Below are positions 24,050 to 34,800 of a DNA stretch of 64,000 nucleotides, in pieces. The notes beneath the pieces are model-generated. The model searched no databases. It was not told the DNA's origin and worked only from the letters and a program-made list of their open reading frames with translations. The stretch comes from Gekko japonicus (lineage: Eukaryota), in contig NW_015165932.1 in the NCBI RefSeq assembly GCF_001447785.1, forward strand, positions 1 through 64,000. Direction: 5' to 3'. Position 1 is the first letter of the stretch; each line of letters opens with the position of its first letter. Made by a program: the position numbers and the translations under genes.

Positions 24050-24180
24050 CACACACATCAAATAATTCACTTGCAATCCACTTTCAATGCACTTTCCAAT
24101 GGATTTTGCAAGTTCACACAGTAAAAATCCAGTTGCAAAGTGCACTGAAATGGATTAAAAGTGGATTATTTACTGTGTGA
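24050..24180. repeat. Palindromic MITE-like element
   Basis: CACAC..AATAATTCACTTGCAATCCACTTTCAATGCACTTT... mirrored by ...AAAGTGCACTGAAATGGATTAAAAGTGGATTATTTACTGTGTG. Confidence 0.55.
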
Positions 24181-24649
24181 CTGCAACCAATGAAAGATTG
24201 CTGGAAAACTGCAGCCTGAAGGGTGGGGGGAGTTGTAATAAAAGAATATACATATTGCAAAATCCATATCTGTAGAGGTGGCAGAAATGTCCAAGTTCAA
24301 ATCTGTGCCCATCTTTCAAAACTGAAATGTTTTGAAATCCCAGAAGAAAGTTCCACTATTCATGGAATGGCACTTCATGATCTAATCCATGCCTAGCCAA
24401 AGAGAAACTCCCCAAATAAATTCAGAACAAATTAAAACAAGCCCATAAAGCATAAAGGCAGAGAGAACTTTATTCAGCAAAAAAACCTGTTGTCCAGTGC
24501 TTTGGTTAGGATGCTGGACTAGAATTGATAAGACCAGAGTTCCAATCCCCACTCTACCATGAATCATTCAGGGGGACCCTGGGCCAGTCTCATCTTTCAG
24601 CCTAAGCTACACTTCAAGATTGTTGTGCACAGAAAATTTCTGGGGGGTC

Positions 24650-24860
24650 ATAAGAACATAGGGACATAAGAGAAGCCAATGTTGGATCAGGCCAAAGGCC
24701 CATCCAGTCCAACACTCTGTGTCACACAGTGGTCAAAAATACCAGGTGCCATCAGGAGGTCCACCAGTGGGGCCAGGACATTAGAAGCCCTCCCACTGTT
24801 GCCCCCCCAAGGACCAAGAATACAGAGCATCACTTGCCCCAGACTGAAAGTTCCTATCTA
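24650..24860 (-). mobile_element. CR1 3' UTR and tail
   Basis: CATAAGAACATA tail; its right end is the reverse complement of the CR1 3' UTR seen at 18648-18686. Confidence 0.8.
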
Positions 24861-25178
24861 TAAAGGTAAAGGTAAAGGTTCCCTTACTCGAATGCCAGTC
24901 AAATCCGACTCTAGGGTTGCGGTGCACATCTCCGTTTCCAAGCCGAAGACCCAGCGCTGTCCAAAGACGTTTCTGTGGTCATGTGGCCGGCATGACTAAA
25001 CACCAAGGCGCACGGAACGCTGCGGTGGCTCAAGTGGTTAAGACGCTGAACTGCAGGCTGTGAAAGGTCAGTAGTTCAGCAGTTCGAGACCTGAGTTGCC
25101 GCATGACGGAGTGAGCTCCCGTCTCTAGTTCCAGCTCCTGCCAACCTAGCAGTTTGCAAGCAAGAAATTGCAAGTAGA
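24861..25178 (-). mobile_element. Sauria SINE with inverted 5' half
   Basis: (AAAGGT)n tail and 3' half on minus strand (24861-25021); tRNA-like head and body on plus strand (25022-25178). Confidence 0.8.
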
Positions 25179-25325
25179 TCACTTTAGGAAGTGTTTGATC
25201 ACTTCCTAAGGATTATTATGGGATGTTGCTACTGTAGTGCATAGAAGTTCTGGTGCAATCTGAAAATCATGATTGCTGCCACATTTGGACACAAAAAATT
25301 GTACACAGACCTCAAAGAAGTGTAG

Positions 25326-25440
25326 TGTGATTATCTCCCTTGTAATTATCAAAATCACTATAATTGATCTACACCGTTCAAACTCCAGTGGCTCTCCACA
25401 ATACATTAAAAATAAACATCTGAAATGTGTGTTTATAAAA
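25326..25440 (+). promoter_or_regulatory. Putative V2R-2 core promoter (conserved ATTATC-N9-ATTATC element, TAATTG, TATA-like TTTATAAAA)
   Basis: Motif at 25330-25353 is shared with all other V2R upstream regions; TATA-like box at 25432-25440. Confidence 0.6.
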
Positions 25441-25665
25441 ACCCCACTGGATTCTTCATACCTAAGACGAGGGGCTGAAGACATACATGTTCTTATCCTT
25501 AATCAATATTCCTCAATTGGCACCCAGACAAATAGCCTGGTGAAGGTCAGGCTCAGAATTGCATTGGCAATGCCAGCTTCAATCCAAGCCACCTTCTAGA
25601 AGTCCTGGAGGAAAAAAGGAAACCCGGAGACTCTGCGTCTTGGGTGAAGCTTTGCCACCATCAAG

Positions 25666-25874
25666 ATGGAATCTTCATTGCTGCTCCTGCCCTATCACGC
25701 GGCATACAAAATACATAGTTTGAAGTGTGTTCAGACAGAACCCCTTCAGATACCCCATGAGTGGTATCAGTCAGGTGAACTACTCATTGGTGCGGTTGTA
25801 ACTCATATTGGTGGTAATTCCCCCAAAATTTCCTTTGAGAAACACCCTTCTCAGGAATCTATTAACTTGCTATA
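25666..25874 (+). CDS. Vmn2r: V2R-2 exon 1
   Basis: [23 protein letters not shown]..; TA|GTAAGG donor. Confidence 0.88.
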
Positions 25875-28800
25875 GTAAGGAATGTTTTCTCTCTGTCAAA
25901 ATGATTGTTGGAAATTCATTATTTTTTTGCTTGCATAATTAAGTTGAAAGGACAAGGGTATATAGTGTTTTTTTAACATGTGTATGTGCAAAAGAATTAG
26001 AATGTTATAGAATTAGTAGTATAATGGAATAGCTCAGCAGGTCACTTTTGTAGGGGAATAGGAGTGCACTGTTTTATGATCACCTAGTTTGTTCTTCTAC
26101 ATTGTACCTCACTTCATGCATTATGGTATATCCTCCCTTTGTGTTTCAATTGTTTTCCAATTTTGTAATCCTGATGGTTGTGTCTTGATGAGAAAACGGG
26201 GCTACATTATGAAGTAGATAACAATAGATAGATGATAGACGGACGGCCAGACTGATGATAGATGGGGTGTGTGTGTGTGTAATTCTGAGAAAACAAAGAG
26301 ATAGTATAAGGAAAATGTAGAAAGGAAAATAAGGGTTATCTAACATAATTTTATACATACACAAATATGTGCGTGTGTGTGTAACAAAGTATAAAAGACA
26401 GAAACATTTTCAATTACATTGAAAAAATTTGGGGACTTTGTCTATAATGTACAATGATATTTACTTCTAATGGGATACATTTATTATGATTTTAACCATA
26501 GTCCCATCCCAACAAGCCCCAACAGCTCTTTACTTATGTGTTTAGAGCTAGTTCTCTCAGAACATAATAGGCAGAGACTGAATGGTTAATTCAAACAGCA
26601 AGAGAGATAATGGGGCTGCCTTGTAAACTTTCCCTGGATATTAGAAATGTATCAGATATGTTACTATTTACTATGATTCTACCCACAGTCCCATCCCAAC
26701 ATGTCTCAATAGATCTTTTCTTATGCATATATGGCTAGTGTCTTACCAAAATGATACAATGATTTCATATCCTGTATAATTCTCCTGTCAAACAAAAGAC
26801 AATGATATTTGCAGTTTTGTCCCCAAGTTCTACCAGCACATCCTGGCCTTGGTGTTTGCTGTCTATGAGATTAATAATAATCCCAAAATCTTGCCAAATC
26901 TCACGTTGGGGTTCCACATCCTTGACAACTACTCTAAAGCAAAGATGGCTTATCGTGCTACACTGGACCTACTTTTCAAATCACATAGGTTTGTTCCCAA
27001 CTATCAATGTGGCTCCAAGAAAAAACTAATAGGAGTTACCGGGGGACTTGATTTGGATACTTCCACACACATGGCAGACGTCTTGGGTCTTTACAAGATT
27101 CCACAGGTAAGATCAGTGCATGGTGATGATTGGGGTTTCTCAAATGTCAACTGTCATATATTAGGGGCTGGCTTCTTCTGCATGAAAAGCTGTCCCAGCC
27201 AAGATCTGTGTGTCACAGGGGTGATCTCCCTGAGGTACACAGATCCCAGTTCTGGCTCCTTCTGCAGCACAGTTTAAATATAGTTTCAAACAGCTCCATG
27301 GGCTTACGATTAAAATGAGTGTAGAGCTTTCGTCTTGTACTGAAACGACATGATTGATTCCTCGAATAAGAATAGTGATAAGTAAAGCAGTCTCAGATGA
27401 CAGAAGATATCGGCAGTCTATTATTTTCTGAGGAGGAGGAAGATTACCTGATGAAGAAAAATGAAATGTGAACAGCACTCCAGAAATCACATTGTTATTA
27501 AGAGTGTTTTGTCACCTCGATGGATTCGGACTGTATTCTTAAGGTCTCAGACTGTGTGCAAAGGTCTCACCCAGGATTCTTGTCTGTCCATGAATAACCT
27601 GGAAACCCCTGACAGTGCTACAGCCAGGTAACTGGTCAGGGAGCAGCCTTTCTCACCACTTTTCAGATACTCTTTGGTAAGGTGACCAAGGAAGGGGGTG
27701 TAGAGGATCATCTGGCTCATAGAACTGATTAGTGTCTAAAGCTCCTTTTACTTTTTGTCAAGAGGAGGCATTCCTTGTCCATCACCTCCACATGTTGCTG
27801 GTCATCTATAGCTTTTCAATGGTGAAATTCCAGGACCAAGGAACTCCCCTCCCTTCTGACTGGTCAGCTAAGAGAAGGTGGTTTGATGACATGTCAGAGG
27901 ATGCCCCCCTAAATTTTTACCATTAAGTACACACTTGTACTTTTTAGGACTACCCACTTAATTCCTTATCAGTCCTAACAATAGGCCTACTTAATGCCAA
28001 GCTACTCAAAGCCAGTAACGTGTAAAATGTTAAAACTTTCACAAGTTATATAGAAATGGGCAAAAAGTACAACTGTTCACCCCCTAAACAACCAGATAAT
28101 CCTATCCTACTGAACAAGAGAAGTAGGAAGAAAGTGCCAAACAGAAGTGTAGGTCAGGCCTCTTAGAAGTTATATGCCAATCCTGATCAGCATAGCTTCT
28201 GACCAAGTCCAGCCATCCAAGTCAATATGTGCCTTACCTAAAAGAGTTAGTAGACCATGGTATCCCCAATACCAAGAAAGTTGGGAACTGGAAATAAAAT
28301 GATTGTTCTCAGATACTTTTCTCACCTCTCTCTCCAATTTATGTCTTTTAGATTTCATATGGATCATTTGAATCAACAACAAATTACAAAACCTATTTCC
28401 CTTCCTTTTACCGCATGGTGCCCAATGAAGCCCTTCAGTATGTGGGAATTGTTCAGTTGCTTCTGCATTTCAGATGGAAATGGGTTGGGCTCATCACTAC
28501 AGATGGCCAAGCTGGGGAACGTTTCTTGCAGGTGTTGGAGCCGATGCTTTCTAAGAATGGGATCTGTTCAGCCTTCACAGAAAGAGCCCCAACAAAAATC
28601 CATGCAGACAAAGCAACTGAAATCCTTCAAAACTTTTACACGAATAGTTCAAGTTTCCTAGAAAGTGAAGGCAATGCAATTATTGTACATGGAGAAACAT
28701 CCAATGTTATATGGGTGGCAACCGCTATATGGGTAAGATCTCTAGCTGATTTGGGGTATACAGAGAGAAGCTCTGCAGGAAAAGTGTGGATAACAACTGC

Positions 28801-31800
28801 CCAAATTGACTTTGCCTTCACAAGCGCTCAAACATCCTGGGACATAGAAATGTTTCATGGTGCTCTTTCCTTCACAATTCACTCCAGTGAGTTAACAGGT
28901 TTCCAAACGTTTCTTCAGACTGTAAAACCTCCATGGACAAATGAGGATGGTTTTTTCAAGAACTTCTGGGAAGAAGAATTTGATTGTTCTTTTCCCAGTT
29001 CTAGAAAGTCTGCAGAGAATAATGAACTATGTAGTGGAGAAGAGAGCCTGGAGAGTGTCCCAGCAACATTTTTTGAAATGAGCATGACTGGCCACAGCTA
29101 CAGCATCTATAACATAGTTTATGCTATGGCATATGCCTTACATTTAATGCACATAAAGGATGGGAAGACACAGGAAAGCAAGAATGTGAAGTCCTGGCAG
29201 GTACTTAGATAACCTGTCATGTTCTCAGTACCATATGCTGGTGTGAAATGCATTGGGCAGCATATCAGTAACAATAACAATATTCTAATACTCTGTTTCT
29301 CTTTTTCTCATTTGGCCTAGCTCCACTCATTTCTGTGCTGGAATTCATTCAATAACAGTGCTGGAGATGAGATCGTGTTCAATGACCATGGAGAACTAGC
29401 AAGTGGATTTGATATTACAAACCTAGTCACTTTTCCAAACAACTCTTATGTCCGCATCAAGGTTGGAAGGCTGGATCCTTCCGGCCCTTCAAGAAAGGAG
29501 CTCACCATTCATGAAGACAGAATTGCATGGCATAAAAGGCTAACACATGTATGTATAGGTGGCCCCTTGCCCGTAAGGCTATTAAGCAGTTGATTATGAA
29601 GATTAATATCAACAAGTGGGGACCAGCAAGAAACTTGCAGGAGCGTCTACCCAATTCCCCCACCTCTGCTTCTTCCCCTTCCCCCCACTTATCTCNNNNN
29701 NNNNNNNNNNNNNNNNNNNNNNNNNNNNNNNNNNNNNNNNNNNNNNNNNNNNNNNNNNNNNNNNNNNNNNNNNNNNNNNNNNNNNNNNNNNNNNNNNNNN
29801 NNNNNNNNNNNNNNNNNNNNNNNNNNNNNNNNNNNNNNNNNNNNNNNNNNNNNNNNNNNNNNNNNNNNNNNNNNNNNNNNNNNNNNNNNNNNNNNNNNAC
29901 ACTCTTTCTCCTTCCTGCCACCCCTTTTCTTACTCTCTCTTCCTGTCACTTCTTTTCTGCCCCAAAATCATCACTCTTTATGCATCACTCATTATTCACT
30001 GTCCCGGTCTCCCACCTACTTCCCCCCCCCACAGCAGTAGTGGCAGCAGCTGCTCTCTAGGAATCTCAACAGATTGCCTAAATACAGAGATCAGTTTCTC
30101 TTAGGGTTGCCAGCTCCATGTTGTGAAATCCCTGGAGATTTGGGGGTGAAGACTCCCAAGGCTTCAGCTTGGAAGTGACCTCAGCAGGGTAGAATACCAT
30201 AAACTCCACCTTTCAAAGAAGCCATTTTCTCCAGGGGAACTGATCTCTGTAATCTGGAGATCAGTTGTAATTCCAGGAGATCTCCAGCCCTCATGTGGAG
30301 ATTGGCAACATTAGTTCCCTGGAGGAAGCAACTGCTTTGAAAGGTGGAGTCTATGGCCTTATGTCTGTCTTGTCCCTCCCTGCCTCAATCCCCATCATCC
30401 CCAGGCTCCACCCCTCAAACATCCAGGAATTTCCCAACCTGATGTTGTCTTATTTCCTTCCCAACCTACCTTTATCTGCGCCTTTGTCTTCAGCTTTCCA
30501 TCTCCTGAGGGAAACTATGGTCTTTCTCCACAGTGGTCCCGGTCACACGGGAGGTTTAGGGCCAGAAGAAAGCCGGATTGGGGGCGCAGCAAACGGGTGC
30601 GATCAAACCGCAACATCTGGGAAGCGGCGCACACCCATCCCCGATCCGGGCCTTCAGGCCGAAAATCCGCTGTAAAAAAAAATACCTACACAGCAGGACT
30701 TACCTGAAACGCTGCAGCAAGCGCGGCTGTTGGAGCGCCGGAGCGCCTGTCTTCCGGAGCAATCGAGGCTCCCAGCCAAACTGTGCATGCACACACATGC
30801 GCAGCCGGCAGCCTCACGCTCCCTTCCATGGCTTTCTCCCCAGCATCTGATCGTGCCGGGGAGCAACTGCGCGGCGGCTCATGGGATCTGTGTGATCCCG
30901 CTGCTGCGTGTCTCTTTTGGCGCGGCTTTCAATTTTCCCCAGTGTGGCAGGGGCCAGTGAAGACTAAAGCAGTCTCTCCTCCTTTTTATCCACACAATAA
31001 CCCTATGAGGTAGGTTAGGCTGAAAGTATGTGACTGGTCCAAAATTACTTAGTGAGCTAAGCCTATGTTTGCCAGCCTACAGGTGGGACCTGGACATTTA
31101 CAACTGAATTCCAAACAACAGAGATCTGTCCCTTTGGAGAAAATGGGGGAACTCTGTGGCACTATATCCAGCTGAGGCCTCTCCCTTATCCAAACTCTGC
31201 ACTTCTCAGACTTCAACACAGAATCTCCAGGAATTTCCCAACCTGGAGCGGGCAATCTTGGTCCCAGGCCTGGCTCCAACCCTCCCTGCTATTTAGCCAT
31301 TCATAAGGCAGGAGGTATCCTCCTCTATCCCAGATCCAGTCCTGCTTTTGCAAAGAGAGAGAGAAAGAGAGAGAGAGATGTAAGCAAAATCTGCACTTTC
31401 TCTCAGATGATAAAAACCATAGTCATCTATTAAAACAATTGGGGGGGGTTTCCTTCTCCATGCCATAAAATTCACTGACATTTCTTTAATGATCCAGCAC
31501 AAATCTTGAAAACCCTGGAAAGTTCTATCTTCTTGGGTTAGTGGCTCAGGTGAGGGGCTATGGCTGGGCACCTCTCAGCCCATTTTGTGTGGCGAGGATA
31601 AACAAAGATACTGACAGTGTTTAGAGTCAGGGTGGATCTGTCAGAACAGGCAGCCATACACCGGATGCCTAGCTGAGCCCACCAATTTAAATATATTAGC
31701 ATATTTATTACACAGATCATTTTAATGAATTAAATCTGCTAGTTAAATCCAAAATTTTGTCTCAAGTCTTCCCTGAATAGATGCCTGGGGCAAAGCCCCA

Positions 31801-34800
31801 ACTGACCACACACACTTTGTAAAACACCTAGCAGGTTCCAAGAAAGATGTTGGCTGGTACTATGGTTCCCATGGGTACCATGTTGGACACCCCTGCGGTA
31901 AGTATTTATGACAATTGAGATCTCAGATATCATATTTGGAGATCTCGGATATCATATTGGAGATCTCAGATATCATATTTCTGTATATTCAATCCACTCT
32001 AAAGTGCTAAATTGTTCTATTGTCCTGGAATAGGTGCCTCCAATCTCTGTCTGTAATGACCACTGCAAGCCAGGATACAGCAAGAAAAAGAAAGAGGGAG
32101 AGAAATTTTGCTGCTATGATTGTGCTCCATGTCCAGAAGGGAAGATGTCAAACCAAGAGGGTAGGTGTACTCTTACAAATACTCATCGAGTTACAGAGAA
32201 AGATATTTGATGAACTAATTGCTGGGGTTGGACCTGGGGATATTTGAATATCTGCAAGGAATATTAAAAATATGGTAATGATTCTGTTACTTTAACATGA
32301 GGAATGCTTGCACCCAGACACCCACGACAGTGGGCAGCCCCTTGTCTAGAAAGAGCAGCTTGAGGGCCTGCCCCAAAGAGCCATGGGGTCCATTCAGGCC
32401 TGACCAGCATCAAATAACCTTCCTTGTCCTTTCCCTGCACCATCGAAGCCCTGAGACATATGTGGATGTGGTGGCTCAAAGCCCTGAGTACTTCTTAGAC
32501 CCAAACCAATGTCCACCAATGCATGTAGACTTGGTGGCTCGAAGCCCCAAGATGTATGTAGACATGGTGGCTCGAAGCCCTTAGATATATGTAGACATGG
32601 TTCTCAAAGCCCCAAGTCCAACCCTGCTGCACAACCCCCAAAGCGTACAACTACATATGTAGATACGTTGCCTCAAAGGCCAGAGTCCAACTCTGACAGC
32701 CAAAGACCAAAGCGTGCAATGACATATGTAGTTATGGTGGCTCGAAGCCCTGAGATGTATCTAGATGTGGTGGCTCAAAGCCCCAAGCCCAACCCTGACA
32801 CCCAAAACAGAAAGTGAGCCCATAATGCTCACACACACCCAGGGCTGAAACATACCGCCAGTATTTGAAAGACAGATGGAAAGCCAGACTCCCCTGAGTT
32901 TCAGTGGAGACTCCCCAAAGTTCCCCCATGGCAGCTGGGAGGGTATAATAAATGTGGGCCCTCATCCAAGGCACCCACTAGTTAAGGTTTAAACACACAG
33001 GTGCAGAGCACACCCACAAATGAGGGTGCATTATTCTACTCTGCACCTGGATCCAGAGCACACCCATCCATCAGGGTGAATTCTTCTCCACTGCAGATTA
33101 ATGAAAACACATATAGAAGAAGAAGAAGAAGAAGCCCTCATCCAAGGCACCCACTAGTTAAGGTTTAAACACACAGGTGCAGAGCACACCCACAAATGAG
33201 GGTGCATTATTCTACTCTGCACCTGGATCCAGAGCACACCCATCCATCAGGGTGAATTCTTCTCCACTGCAGATTAATGAAAACACATATAGAAGAAGAA
33301 GAAGAAGAGAAGAGATTGGAATTTGGGGGAAAGCCGACAGGAGATGAAAAGTCTCTGGTTCAGGTTGGATCATCTGAGAGAGATGAGGGGGTACCAGTTG
33401 CTTTTCTACAGGGAGGTGGATTGAAATTGTCCACAGAGGCCATGGCTGGTGACATGGACTGCCGGACAACGACTCGAGATAGCAAGAGGAAGGATGCAGG
33501 CTTAACTTGTAAGGGAAATTACAGCTGTTTCTATACAAATGCTAGAAGTGTCCGAGGTAAAATCGGGGAGTTGGAGTGCTTGGTGAGGGAGGGAAAAATA
33601 GACATTGTGGGTATTTCTGAAACTTGGTGGGATGAGGAAAATCAGTGGGACACAGTGATTCCCGGTTATATATTATATCGGAAGGATAGGGGGGGAAGGG
33701 TTGGAGGTGGGGTAGCTCTGTATGTCAGAGAGGGTATAAAGTCTAGAAAGATTGAGAGGCTAAATGAATTGGATTCGCTTCTGGAAGTTCTATGGGTTGA
33801 AATAGGGGGGCCAAAAGGAAACTTAACACTGGGAGTTTGTTATCGCCCACCAGATCAAAAGATAGAGGAGGATTATAAAATGATGAATGCCTTAAAGATA
33901 GCAACTAGACAAAAACACTGTGTAATAATAGGTGATTTTAACTACCCACACATTGATTGGGTCAATATGTGTTCTAGCCGGGAAAAAGAGATTGAGTTTC
34001 TAGACACTCTAAATGACTGTGCTATGGAGCAGATGGTCACGGAACCTACCAGGGGAGAGGCGATCCTTGATTTGGTCCTAAGTAACACTCAAGACCTGGT
34101 GAGAGATGTAAAAGTGATTGCACCGCTTGGAAACAGTGATCATAATGTTGTTGAGTTCATCATTTGTACAAATAGAGAATTGGCCAAAAAGACTCACACA
34201 ACCATTTTTAACTTTAAAAGGGGTAATTTCTCTGATATGAGGGGACACGTGGGGAGGAAACTGAAAGGAAAAGTAGAAAGGGTCAAAACAATTGGGGAAG
34301 CTTGGGATCTATTTAAAACTACGATCCTAGAAGCTCAAAAAATATATATTCCGCAGGTTAGGAAAGGCACAAACAGGTATAGGAAAAAGCCTGCATGGTT
34401 AACAAACAGAGTAATGGAGGCTGTAAAAAGTAAAAAGAATTCCTTTAAGCAGTGGAAAGCTAGTCACAGTGAGGCTGATAAAACGGAACACAGGCTATGG
34501 CAAATAAAATGCAAGTCTGAGGTCAGGCAGGCAAAAAGGGAATATGAGGAGCATATAGCAAAAAACGTAAAAACCAACAATAAAACTTTCTTCAAATACA
34601 TTAGAAACAGGAAACCAGCCAGGGAGGCAGTGGGGCCCTTGGACGACCAAGGGGTAAAAGGAGTATTGAAGGATGATAGGGAAATGGCTGAGAAGCTAAA
34701 TGCATTTTTTGCCTCCGTCTTCACTGTGGAAGATGAGAAGTGCTTGCCCACTCCAGAACCACTGATTTCAGGAGGGGTGTTGAAAGACCTGAGTCAGATT

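Noticed and set aside
29502-30104. ORFs spanning N runs (also 38525-39195, 41810-42075, 59546-59920)
   Set aside because: Artefacts of assembly gaps
32440-32790. 33-bp repeats with variable intervening sequence, superficially CRISPR-like
   Set aside because: Vertebrate intron, degenerate units, the 'spacers' are themselves repetitive, and there are no cas genes; it is a minisatellite
32958-33309. 176-bp duplication as a TSD or functional repeat
   Set aside because: The copies are adjacent rather than flanking the CR1, are identical and end in a microsatellite; likely slippage or an assembly artefact
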